Positions 13,016 through 25,454 of a DNA stretch of 64,000 nucleotides are shown piece by piece (the stretch's first letter is position 1; each line of letters begins with the position of its first letter). The DNA lies in contig OX597820.1 in NCBI GenBank assembly GCA_951406725.2, positions 128,092,001-128,156,000 on the forward strand. Direction: 5' to 3'. Position numbers and translations under genes: made by a program. Below the pieces are notes generated by a model. That model did no database searches and had not been told where the DNA came from. It worked only from the letters and a program-made list of their open reading frames with translations. Source of the DNA: Octopus vulgaris (Eukaryota).

Positions 13016-14253
13016 AATAAACTCGCGGCACCGATTAGTAACATCAAAGAAATACACATCCGCATATTTAATCAACCAAAGGAAAATTTTCATACAGGTG
13101 GTGTTAGGTGACCCTGTTGTATTTGGCTGCTATTTTATTTATCAACCAAATAATCTCCCACCCAAATACTGAAATCGATTTAAGCATTTTCATAGCAACA
13201 ATTTGAGATCATGTATGCTAATATATTCTGTTTAGATTAACCTGTATCAAAATATCGTTACAACGTAAGCGATGACAAAATTTCAACACACGCATATTAT
13301 ATATTAATTTATAATATCATAATATTACAGATAAAATTTTAATTATATTCAAAATCAACGAAACACGTTAATAGTTTAATTGTTGGACGTATAATCACGG
13401 AAGTGTTACTCTTTCCAAACTTAGAATCCGTGTGCCGATGAGGGAATTTTTGACATGAAGTTCTTGAGGGTGATAGATAAGAGAATCGGAAGAAAAACCA
13501 GAGAATACCCTGAAGTATTTTTTTGATTACCTTCGTTATGCTTCGAGATCAAATCTCGGTGGGACAGACTTTAACTTTCACCCTTCCAGAATATGGAAAC
13601 TAAAGTACCAGCCAAATGTACTATGATTGCCTGACAGCATCTATACGAAAATTACGAACATATTCAGTATAGATTAAAATTCTTAATCAATATCTCATTA
13701 TAACGTAAATGATAACGAGATTTCAGACAGTGAACACAAGTATAATATATATTAATGTATAATGTTACAGATAAAATCTTAATTATACTGAAAGTTAATG
13801 AAACATTTAGGCAGTCTAATTACTAGAAATATAATCACGAAAGTTTTAATCAACTGCATCATCCCCAATATTTGAGGTCTTGTGCCTCTGTAAGAAATCA
13901 ATATAATATATGATATCATCTATCTTTGAATTCTACAACATCAGATGATTTATTCTGGATAATGTTTGACTCGAGGTTCTAACCTCGTAGAATGTCGAAG
14001 TAGCGATCCATCGATTTTTAGTGCTACTTGTTATCCCTCTCTTTCTCTCTCTCAATCTCCCCCCTCTCTCTCTCTCTCTCTCTCTCTCAATATCCCCTCT
14101 TCTCTCTCTCTCTCTCATTCGCACTCACTTATTCTCTCTCTGACTATTTTTCTTTCCACTCCTCACTCTCCTTCAAGGTTAAAAACTCAAATATTATTTC
14201 AGTGCAATGCTGGAAATACTTGCGCATAGAAGTAAATATACATTCATACCACC

Positions 14254-14382
<129 letters not shown>

Positions 14383-15054
14383 CATAATACATAGTGCATT
14401 GGTACATGTGGTATAAGTTACATAAAACAAAACCAAGAACAACAAAAATACATTAAATCGCGTTCTTGTTAAAAGAAAATATAAAAAAATTCTTAACACG
14501 TTGTTTCATGTTAAGATAACAATAATTTCTTAGACTAACTTCCATATTGTTTCCACATTTTTTCCCCTGCCAGAGAAAAATCATGTAGAAGAGCTTTCAA
14601 AATATAGATTTTTTAAAAAGTAAACTAGATTTTTCTTTCTTTTCAGCCTTAGCTGTTTAACCCTAATGTAATAGATATTTGATCTAAGATGTCACATCCC
14701 TCATCAACTCCTTTTTTCAGTTTGCTGCGCGACGCCGTGAGCAACTTACTTCTACTGTACGTATGCATGAATGTATATATGAATGTATGTATGTATGCAT
14801 GATTGTATGTATATATGTATGTATGAATATATATATATGTTTTTATGTATGTACGTATGTGTCTTATATGTATGTGCGTGTGTATGTGTGAATAAATTGT
14901 TGATACATATGAATGCATGTGTGACTATAGATGTATGTAATTGTGTATTTATGTATATATGTATGTGCATGTGTATCTGTGTACGTAAGTATGCATATAT
15001 TAAGGAGCACTCCGTCAGTTACGAAACCGAGGATCCCAGCTGATACAATCAACG

Positions 15055-16105
15055 GAAGAGATTTTCAAAGAGGTCAAATTGTTGGTGTAACGACAACACC
15101 TGAAATGTTTGGTGTATCAAGAAGTACTGTCTCGGAAGTAATGACAGCCTTTGAGAAAGAGGGAAAAACCTCCTCGTCGAAACAAAGCTCCGGAAGAAAA
15201 CCAAAACTTTCACAGAGGGACCGTTGGACTCTTACGCGAATTGTTAGAAAGGATAACAAAAGTACAGCTCCCAAAATTACTGCAGAGCTTAATGACCACC
15301 TCGAGAACCCAGTTTCCACAAAAACTGTTCGATGGGAGCTGCACAAAGCAAGATTTCATGGGAGGACTGCAATCAGAAAACCACTAGATTCAAAAACAAA
15401 CGTTGCAAAGCGATTAGAGTGGAGTAAAAACCTACAGAATTGATCCCTAGGGCAGTGGAAGAATGTTATTTTCTCGGACGAGTCATCCCTTACCTTATTT
15501 CCGACAACCGGCCGAGTACACATGTGGAGACAGCCAAAAGAAGCATTTGACCCAGACTGCCTTCTTCCAACTGTTAAACATGGAAGAGGATCTGTAATGA
15601 TCTGATGCGGGGGCTATATCTTGGAAATCCGCCTGCCCAGTGGCTTCCCTTCATGGCAGAATTAATAGTCAAGGCTATTCAAGCATTTTATCCGATCAAA
15701 TTCATCCTATGGTTACGGAACTGTTTCCGAAGGAAAACGCAATCTCTCAGGATGATAATGCACCAATTCACACAGCTAAAGTTGTTGCTGAATGGCACGA
15801 GGAACATTCTAGTGAAGTTGAACATCTTATCTGGCCACCACACTCCCCAGATCTCAATATTATTGAACATTTATGGTGCATTTTAGAAAAACAAGGAGTT
15901 GATATCCTCCACCATCATCACTACAAGAACTGGAGAGAGTTTTAGCTGAAGAATGAACAAAAGTTTCTTTGGAAACAATTCAAACTTTGTACGCTTCCAT
16001 ACTTCGTAGAATTCAAGCTGTAATTACTGCCAAAGGCGGTCCTACCCCATATTAAAATAAGTTTCCTTGAAATTTGAAGATGTTACCATTATTTTGTCCA
16101 ATCAG
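15055..16105 (+). mobile_element. 5'-truncated Tc1-like transposon with DD36E transposase pseudogene
   Basis: DFQRGQIVG, GRKPKLS, AIRKPL, VIFSDES, QDDNAPIH...WPPHSPDLNIIEHLW, ends AKGGPTPY* (~16054); stops/frameshifts; 3' TIR-like CCATTATTTTGTCCAA. Confidence 0.92.
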
Positions 16106-16203
16106 GGTAAGAAAAAAAATTTAGAAATTTTTTACTACCAGTGGCTTAAACACATGGTGACCATCATATGATGATCACCTCGTATGTGTTTAAATGTACA
16201 CTA

Positions 16204-16251
<48 letters not shown>

Positions 16252-16254
<3 letters not shown>

Positions 16255-16478
16255 TCTAGTGCTAAGGGCGCTGCACTCGCGATCGTGAGATTGCCGTTTC
16301 AAATACTAGACCGTGTGGTGCGTTGTGTTCTTGAGCAAAACACTCCACAACACGCTGCTCTGCGATCACTTCGACACCTGACACGTTCTACGCCGTGCAC
16401 TTGTTCAGGCAACGTCAAGTTGATGAAGAAAGCGAGCTAAGTAGAGCTCATACATTTGATCGCTATAAGCAAATCATA
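16252..16478 (+). mobile_element. tRNA-derived SINE sharing the family D head but with a different tail
   Basis: GGTCTAGTG..CGATCGTGAGATT..GTTTCAAATAC..GCGTTGTGTTCTTGAGCAAAACAC matches head of 31690-31942 (revcomp). Confidence 0.7.
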
Positions 16479-16739
16479 TATACATATGTGTGAGTGAGAG
16501 AGAGTGTGTGTGTATCTATGAATATATTCTATAAATGTATGCATGTATGAATGATGCCAAATTGGTCGATAGTGTTCATTCGCTGATGCAGAGAGCCTAG
16601 CTCTAAATAGATACCGTTACTTGGTATGTTGGTGAGTGTTTGTAATAAGAGTCACGTGCAAGTGAATCGTATTAGTTAACCTTCCAATTTTGAGTTCTAA
16701 TCCATTTACGGACCAGCAGAATGTCATGTAAAGAGTTTT

Positions 16740-17295
16740 CGGTCCTCCATCGGAAATTCAATAGCCATTTCGCGGTCCTATCGTTTCCTATGCTGGACTT
16801 CTCTGCAATAGCCCTGTCAGATCCATCCGAAATTGGAGACACTTTTCTAAACCTATCGTCCAGTTTTCTGAAATCCCTGTAAAGGGCTCTTACCATAGCC
16901 CCAACTGAACCCATCTCAAAATTAAGATTCCTTTCCTAGTCCTGTTGTTTCACTTTTTGATATCCTATGCTAGGGTCTTTTGCCATAGCCCTGCCTGACC
17001 CATCACAAATTTAAAACCACTTTCCTTTTACTGTCCTCCTGTTTCGTGGAATCCCATGTAAGGGTCTTTTATCATAGCCCCATCCGAAATTCAAGACCAC
17101 TTTCTTAGTCCTGTCGGCCAGCGTCGTAGCATCCTAGGCAACGGTCTTAGCCCTGTCAGTTCCATCTCAGATTCAAGAGGTCACTGTTTCGTGGTATTCG
17201 ATGCAAGGATCTTTTACCACAGCCCCACCTGACGCCTCTCAAATTCAAGACACCCTTTGCCTGTCTAATCGTTTAGCTTCGTGACATCTTATAGA
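16740..17295. repeat. Degenerate minisatellite, ~7 units of 74-89 bp
   Basis: Unit anchor CCATC..AAATT(C)AAGA.CAC at ~16747, 16823, 16911, 17000, 17080, 17162, 17236, plus recurring AGGGTCTTTTACCATAGCCC. Confidence 0.85.
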
Positions 17296-18031
17296 GGTAC
17301 ATTTTTATTTATTCGGCATCCCCTCATCCAAGTGTTGTAACTGAAATTGGGTCGGATGATATTGCGCGGAAGGCCACCAAATATAACATGCCCGTAATCC
17401 AAAGTCCCAGCCTTATTACACAGTGATTCTGCTTCAGGATTGCATGATGGATACATGGAATACTCGATGGAAACTCAGCCATTTACAGACTTATTCAATG
17501 AGCAGGTATTTCAACAAGTCGAACAATTGAATGCTCATCGCAGTAATTGGCCGAGATCCATTTGCGCTGTACCCGCACACATGTGTGTGTGTGTGTTCGT
17601 GTGTGTATGTGTGTGTGCAAGTAAATTGTCAGATAGTTAACTTGATAGGAAATCCTGTTTACAAGCCGAAAGATCACTGGATCTAAACTTGCCACTGACA
17701 ATACACGATACCAAATGACTCAACAGATTACAGTTGTCGTCTCGCTTATTCTAACTCTAAATTAAAATATGATAGATGTAAGCAATAAGATGTTTTTGAG
17801 TTGAGAGTGTCAACGAAACAGAATGTTTTAACATGTTATTTTTTCTGCTAATATAATCTAAAATCAAATTATCTCCTATTTTCTGCTTCTCATTTTTCGC
17901 TTTTATTTCATTCATTTCTTCTTTTTTCATCTTCTTTTTCTTTCTTTTTTCTTTTTCTGATTTTCTATTCTTTTTCTTCTTCTCCGTCGTCTACGTCTTT
18001 CTACTTCTTTCTTCTTTTCCTTTTATACACT

Positions 18032-18068
<37 letters not shown>

Positions 18069-18109
18069 CTATCTCTATCTTACCTCTCAACTTTCTTCCC
18101 ATTTTTCAG

Positions 18110-18171
18110 TTTCGCCGTCATCGTCGGCGTTATACATTTTCCTAACCGCCAGACTGACATAGAGCTAAAAG
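18110..18171 (+). other. Candidate 62-nt internal exon of an unidentified transcript
   Basis: Long pyrimidine tract ending TTTTTCAG| and donor AAG|GTAAGT; one open frame FAVIVGVIHFPNRQTDIELK; no recognisable homology. Confidence 0.4.
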
Positions 18172-18703
18172 GTAAGTTCTATCAATCACTTCTTTATTAA
18201 TAAAATATCGTCTTCCGGCAGTAATACAGTAATTCGTTTGTTATTTGGTGTGATGAGGGGAAAACTCGGTCTGTTGCAATGGAAGATCAATAAATGACGA
18301 TGAGAAAATAGAAAAAAATCTAAGTAAAGCTACAAAACTTTGCTTAGCGCAACAAAACTGTCCAGTTGACGAATTAGACATATTTTACAGTTTTATACAA
18401 CTGTTTCCTCCAGTTTGATCGAATATATATGTTAAAAAGACTTGTATACAAATGTCTATACGCGTGTGTTTTATGTCTAAAAGTGTCTTGAAATACCTAG
18501 TGGTATATGCGTTTGGATTCTAATGTATTTGTGTGTATCTTAAAATGCGTGATCATGTATGTGCCTATTCGAGTTTCCATGTTTCCCCTTCTATCCAGAT
18601 AGCTATGACAAGTTGTACAGGTTCAAGGTTGTGCTTATTGAATATATATTAACATTAATTAGTTTTTATTCAGAATATATATTAACATTAATTAGTTTTT
18701 ATT

Positions 18704-18791
<88 letters not shown>

Positions 18792-18864
18792 GAGATAGAT
18801 AGCCATATATGTATTATGTATGGTTATATATGTATGTCTTTATATATGTTCATTTATACATATG

Positions 18865-20335
18865 GATTACCATCTCTTTGAACTTCCTTGCTGTCAATGG
18901 TATTTCTGACATTCCGTCTATGACCTCCCAAATGACTCTTCAGTCCCACTGCAGATCAGCATGGTTCGAAATATAGGTGACAGTCGATAGTTGCAACTTT
19001 GATTGAATCACTTTGTGAGATATGATCCTTCTGAAACACCATCCTGAAATCGACTTGCAGGTCTTTTCATACACTAAAGACGTCGAATCACCCGGTCAAG
19101 GAGGAAGAACGTTGCATAGAGTTGATCTTTCATTCAGATACTTGACATACCCAGCCTTAGAAAGGAATGCGCAGTCACGTGTTTCACACCTCCAACAGTT
19201 TACGTTTTCATTGAGTTTCTAATGACAGCCTCGCCGAAGCCAGCACTTTAGGCTTTCGTGCTTAAGGCGACCGTCTTCACATGTTTTGCCACCTTTCCTT
19301 ATTCGCTTCTTCCATTTATCTCTTTCTAAAGCTAGTTCTTCCCAGATCTTAATATTGATCGGCACCTCCTTCAGGTCGCCTGTTATGCAGTCTTGGTATC
19401 ATATTGGTGTGGAGGCGCAATGGCCCAGTGGTTAGGGCAGCGGACTCGCGGTCGGAGGATCGCGGTTTCGATTCCCAGATTGGGCGTTGTGTGTGTTTAT
19501 TGAGCGAAAACACCTAAAGCTCCACGAGGCTCTGGCAGGGAGTGGTGGCGACTCCTGTTGTACTCTTTCGCCCCCACTTTCTTTCACTCTTTCTTCCTGT
19601 TTCTTGAGTAACGCTGCGATAGACCGGCGTCCCGTCCAGCTGGGAGGAACACACCCCCCATAGAAACCGGGAAACCGGTCCTATGAGCCTGGCTAGGCTT
19701 GAAAAGGGCGCATAAATAAATAATAAAAAGATAAATCTTCTTGGTGTTTGTGCCGAGGACAGGTTCCAGTGCAAAACTCACCGTAGAACCGCTGCTTCGG
19801 AATCCTATTTTCCATAAGTACATGGTCTGCCCAATACATCCGAATAGATATGATGAGTGACTGGATGCTTATGTTTGCTGACTTTGCGAGGAGTTTTGTA
19901 ACAGGTGTTTTACTTTGACACTTGAGGCTGAGGATGTGCCTCAAACATTATTATGAAAGCGCTCAAGTAGCTTGATAGGCCTACGGTGTACGGTTCATCT
20001 TTCAGAAGAATACAGTGGAGTACGCACACCTTGTAAACACTCACCTGGTGACACTGTGATTTTCATAGACTCTCTTTTTAAACTTCCCAAATGCTGCAGA
20101 TGCTTTCCAAATTCGTAGATGTTTTTCTGCATCGAGGGAGCCATTTCTCGCCAACATGCTCCCCAGATAAACAAAAGTGTCAACTAAACTTAATATTGCA
20201 TCATGTACTATGATATATGTGTCGATAAACGGTTCACCTGGTTCAAGTGTAAACATTGCCTTCGATTTTTCAGGTTGAAAGACTAAAAGCTGTACACGAA
20301 GCAGTAAAACGATCCATGATGTGTTCTATGTCAAC
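18865..20335 (-). mobile_element. 5'-truncated RTE (BovB-like) LINE with C-terminal C2H2 finger relics, interrupted by a SINE
   Basis: FVYLGSMLARNGSLDAE..RIWKASAAFGK, WADHVLMENRIPKQRFYGE, YQDCITGDLK..WEELALERDKW, then FLSKAGYVKYL and CHLYFEPC.SAVGLKSHLGGH. Confidence 0.9.
19409..19730 (+). mobile_element. tRNA-derived SINE (family C head, family D tail) nested in the RTE LINE
   Basis: TGGAGGCGCAATGGCCCAGTGG A-box, GGTTTCGATTCC B-box; A-rich tail; RTE reading frame resumes on both sides. Confidence 0.9.
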
Positions 20336-20339
20336 AGCA

Positions 20340-20507
20340 GTTGGTGTGTTTATGTCCCCGTAACTTAGCGGTTCGACAAAATAGACCGATAGAATAAGTA
20401 CGCAGCTTACAAAGAATAAGCCCTGGAGTTTATTTATGCGACTAAAAAGCGGTGCACCGGCATGGCTGCAGTCAAATAACTAAAACAAGTAAAAAGAGTA
20501 AAAGAGT
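20340..20507 (+). mobile_element. SINE family B 3' half
   Basis: GTCCCCGTAACTTAGCGGTTCG..ACCGATAGAATAAGTAC..GCAGTCAAAT.ACT.AAACAAGTAAAA. Confidence 0.85.
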
Positions 20508-20536
20508 AATATATACATACATACATACATACATAT

Positions 20537-20620
<84 letters not shown>

Positions 20621-21613
20621 CTTATTGGCAGTGTCATGACAGCTTTTTAATAGACAAGTATATAATTATGTTCAATTTTGCTTTATCTTTTGCATTACAG
20701 ACAAAGAAATAAAATATACCATTATATAACTACAACATGGTTACTAACAACTTACAGAATATAATATTATATATATTTCGAAAGAAAATTAAAACTGAAG
20801 ATATAATGATAATATGATATGGTTCGTCTACAACGATAGAACATTTGATGCTAATAGTAATATTAAAAATGGTGGCTTCTGATTTACTCACAATAGCAGC
20901 AACTTTGAAGGGAAGACGACATAGTCAATACCGTCGAAAGGAGCACTTGACTATTATATTATTCAATCGCCCACGAAAGATAAAAGGCAAATTTGAACCT
21001 AGGAATTGAACCTAGCGCTTAAAGAGCCGGAAGAAACAGCGCAATGGTAATTAATATGTATTCAGCTAAGTTGTAAAAATGGAATTCGTGCTTGAAATAA
21101 AGATTCTCAACATTCAGGAAGGCAGATCAATTCGACTACTTTCCGCTTCCATTAAACGTACGCAAACACACGCATATACACACACACAGATACCCACGTG
21201 TGTATGAAATACATCATCTGCACAACACAGTATCTTTTTATGATCTCAGCATAAACAGATATTAATTTATGAATTATTCTACTTTGGATCAGCCGAACAT
21301 ACTTTCTATGTCAAGGGTCATTCTGACTGGAATATGATATTCCGACTCTCCCCTGGGTTTCAGACATAGACTGTTACTTTTGGACATCACTGAATGATTA
21401 ATTTCCTATTGTTATTGCTTTTGTCACTAAATATCAGGTTGAGTATATTCAATATTTCTGTGCAAAACTATATTTTCGATAGCATTCTGTATCATATTTC
21501 CTTATGACTTTAGAGATCTGCTGTCCTTGTGATCTACTATTCTGAATACATAAGTAAGGTTGTCAATATTTGGCAATAGACAAAACTTTCGTTCGAAACA
21601 TCTGTGACTTGAG

Positions 21614-21715
<102 letters not shown>

Positions 21716-21719
21716 ACAC

Positions 21720-24125
21720 GGGTGTTTATGACTTTGTATAGAAGAATATATTAATTAAAAAAAAATTTTAACTTTGATTTTCAAGTTTTATTTACAATCT
21801 TATAATAATATAATATAATATAATGAAGTGATAGAATATTGAATGTTCAATCTGATTGAACTAGTACTTTCATGCATAAAACATTGTGCCTTAAAATGTG
21901 TGCCTTAAATACATTTGTGTAGGTTCTAAATGTTAAATTTTGCAAACTGTATTCTGACCAATCAGTGTGTAGCTTCACTAAATTACTTAAGTTGATTGGT
22001 GTTTGGTTTATGCGTCACGCTTTGATGAACATATCAAGAGACCTGTATTTTGGCTGGCCAAAGCAGTAATTGTTTGGCTATTTTTAGAAAATGTTGTAAA
22101 CATTTCCTAGGGATTTTTACATTTCAATTATCATCATCACCATTATCGTCACCTTTATTATTGTTGTCGTTAGTGGTGGTAGTGGTGGTAGTGGCAGGAG
22201 TAGCTGTGGTAATAGAACTCTAAATCTTATATAAGATTATTTTTACTAGCTTTTCTCTTGACTTAGCTAGTATTTTCTTACTATCGTCATCAAGAGAACC
22301 TTCAGTATTGTTGTTGTTACTGTTGTTGTTAGTGGTCGTAGTAGTAGAAATAATACCTCTAATTATTATTATTACTGTTTATTTAGCTTGGGTTCGAATT
22401 TATCAATAAAGTTCTTTTCTCTGATCTTTTTCCTCGATTTCACTTGGACTGTGTAGTTTGTGAAATGGAAATATAAATATTTCCGATCACATGTTGCTAG
22501 GTGGTTACTCAAAGATATCTGACGGACATCTGGGTTTCTAATTTGCAGTCGGTGCACACGTGAACGTTCTGATAGTGCATTTCCAGTCTGACCCACATAT
22601 GATTCTTCACAATTCGGGCATTTGATGCAGGAAATCAAATTTCTGCTTTTGCAGCTCATATTTGCGCTTGTGAATATTTTTTCCGGTTCCTGTATTCATA
22701 TATTGGCCGGTATGTAAGAATTGGCATATGCCACACCAGCTATCATGCATTTAGATACAGTAAACGATTGGTCTTTGTTGCTAAGGTCAAACTTTGTCTT
22801 TGCTAATATTTTTCAAGTTTTTAGGCTGTCTTTTACTAAGAACCGAAGCTGGATCTGTGATAATATCTTTTAATCCATTACTTTGAACAATGATTGATAG
22901 ATTTGCTTTGGCAATGTTGAAGATATTCTGGTAACATGAGTTGTGTGTCGCTATAAATGGTATGACATGTTCTTGTTTCCCTCTTTTTGGGTTGTCCTAA
23001 GTTTTTGTATTGGTATTTTCATAGCCCGCTGTATGCCATCTCTCTATATATAAACGGCAGTTTGTCTGTCTGTGTGTCTGTGTGTCTGTGTGTCTGTCAG
23101 GTTGTACCCTCACCCTAACCACGGCTTTCAACCGATTCTGATGAAACTTGACACACACATAGCCCAATGTCATAATTCAAAACTAACGCAGCAAAAATTT
23201 TGAAAAGTTCCCCCAGTTCTGAAAAAAAAATCGATAAATTCGACATGGGTCAAGAATCTAAGCTTTTTATATGCAACACATTTTCTAAAGACTGTCTAGG
23301 GGACGCAACTCGACCTTTTTAAGTATCCCAAAATGTATAAAAATGTACAAAAACGGCAAAAAAGCGGGTAGCATTGTGAGTGACAACAACGAAAAAGTCA
23401 AAAGTGACCAAACTGAACAAGCGAATGGAAAAGGTTTTTGGGTGCACATGACAAAAGCGGTTTATAATAAACCAAGAGTTTGCAAGTAGCGTCCGAGGAC
23501 CCTTAGGGTACGTCAAAAATTTAAGGTAAAACGTTTGGGGTGGTAGTTATAAAGAAAGTGTAAACAAAAAAAGTATTCGAATAACTTGCGGCTGCAGCAG
23601 CTATTAGCAGAAGTGGCGGTGTTGGGGGTAAAGTCTCGAATGTAATTTCTTCCTGGTAGGAATTGGTTGGGTTGAATTATCGATAGCTGTTTGATAGTTA
23701 TTTGGGAGTGAAGAGAAGAAATTGCAACCTACACATGCGTCTTCGTTCCCTAGAGGGAAAGGACTTGATTGGGATTAGTCGTTGCCTACTAGGGGCTCTT
23801 ACATACCCGGGCAACGCCGGGCTATGCTGCTAGTTTTCTATAAGTAGAGACGGGTATTTTTGTTCGAGCAAAAATTCTCTTAGTTCTGTTAGGCGCTTGT
23901 TCCTGATATTCGCATCTTCTACAATGGTACAAACTCTTCTGGCTAAGCAGTATGGGATGTTGAGTTTTGTATGTGTTGGACGGCACGACTTAAAATTCAG
24001 GTATTGATATGTGTCCGTGTGCTTATAGTATATATCTGTAGTAATGGTCGTGTCCTTTTCAATTATCATCATAGCTAGGAATGGTAATTTGGTACTACTC
24101 ATCTGCTTTGTAAATTGGACACACA
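21720..24125 (-). mobile_element. Penelope-like retroelement (RT C-terminus, Cys linker, GIY-YIG endonuclease, 3' UTR), 5'-truncated and decayed
   Basis: LPFL..TDIYYKHTDTYQYLNFKSC.P.HTKLNIPY.LARR (23834-24125) and NLISCIKCPNCEESYVGQTGNALSER..H...RE..FI..F.PKLN (22372-22659); 3' boundary approximate. Confidence 0.92.
23039..23833 (+). mobile_element. Non-autonomous Helitron (795 bp) inserted in the Penelope ORF
   Basis: A|TC 5' end, subterminal hairpin CCCGG-GCAACG-CCGGG (23806-23821), CTAG|T 3' end, no TSD; removal restores LLIEN-GIQRAMKIPI. Confidence 0.95.
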
Positions 24126-24169
24126 TCAATACCTGAATTTTAAGTCATGCCATCCACCACATACAAAAT

Positions 24170-24955
24170 GCATGTGTCAAGATGCGTTTTCCACTGTTCG
24201 AAATAGTGCTGGAATTCTTGCTAAGTGATGCTTTTTAACTCCTCCGTCGTTTTTCTTTTTTTTTCTTCTTCACCTCTTCCACATCTGCTTTCGTTACCAG
24301 TGATGGCCTTCGAAAAAAAGTCCCGATCAACTTCCAAATGTTCTTTCAGTTCGCGATACGCATTCAGTCGTGACTTCTTTTAATCTTCCGTGAGCAAGTG
24401 AGGCACAAATTTTGCTGTAACTCTTTTCATTCGCAATTCCTCGCTCAAAATTCGTTGACAGGAGCTCCAATACATACCAATCACATCAAGTTCGTCAATT
24501 AATCAGTGATGGTCCTCTAAAATCAGTTCAGGAATTTTCATGGTGTTTTCATACGTCCGGGAGGTCGACGAACGCCCTCAACGAGTTTGGTCCTCAAGCA
24601 ACAAGTGACCATTCCTAAAGTGTGAAAACCACTCATAAACTGTGTTTTGCTCGTGACAACATCTTTGTAAGCTGTCTGAAGCATGACAACCGTTTTGGCT
24701 GCTGTTCTCCCCAGTATTAAACAGAATTTCACGGAAACATGCGGTTCCTTCGTTTCAGCCATTGTAAAAATCGACGAACTGAGGAGAAGCATTTCAAAGC
24801 AAACACGCACCACGTGACAGTTGGACTACACTTGACGACGCCGATCGGCATACTGATCTCTGGGGGTTGCATCAAGTGGATTCTAACGATGAAAGCCTCA
24901 ACTACAATTAGCTTGTCGCACAGAGAACGTTTCCGCTTACTCAGGGACTTCCTCG
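24170..24955 (-). mobile_element. Internally deleted mariner transposon
   Basis: MAETKEPHVSVKFCLILGRTAAKTVVMLQTAY N-terminus, RVTAKFVPHLLTED, C-terminal FQHYFEQWKT; end CCTCG|TA. Confidence 0.85.
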
Positions 24956-25454
24956 TACGTATATTAATAGACTTTAGCGGAGTAATTGATTGAAATAGCT
25001 ACAGGTTAAAATCGAACCTGGTTCGCTTTATCAGCTTCGCCAAGGTCATAGAACTTCTAACAAAACTCACAGCTTTCATACATAACGTAATCTAATATAG
25101 TGTGTCCTTATAATAATGGTACCATGCATTTTTCATCTGAAGCTTTTTTTTTATAAATGGCTTTTGTGTTTTATAATCTTCCTTTATTTCATTCATACAT
25201 TCATCGAAGGGAAAATATATTACTACGAGGGAGATTAAATGAAATTTCGTACGAAGATGACGGTATATTTCAATCAGTTTACCTTCAAAAGAAAATTTAA
25301 GTGTATTTAGTGTTACAATAACGATTTACTGTTACTTATAACAACTGAAGCAATTCATCCAAAATCAAAGAACATAAGAGATATGAAGGAAGATCTGTTT
25401 GTGAATGTAATAATAAATGTCAGTACAATGATCACATGAGCGAGGAAGTGTGTT

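Noticed and set aside
16740-17295. CRISPR-like array
   Set aside because: Repeats are degenerate, inter-block sequences are homologous to each other, eukaryotic context, no cas genes.
19409-19485. tRNA genes at SINE heads (also 41184, 47980, 9788)
   Set aside because: A/B boxes present but they continue into SINE bodies and tails; no proper acceptor stem or terminator.
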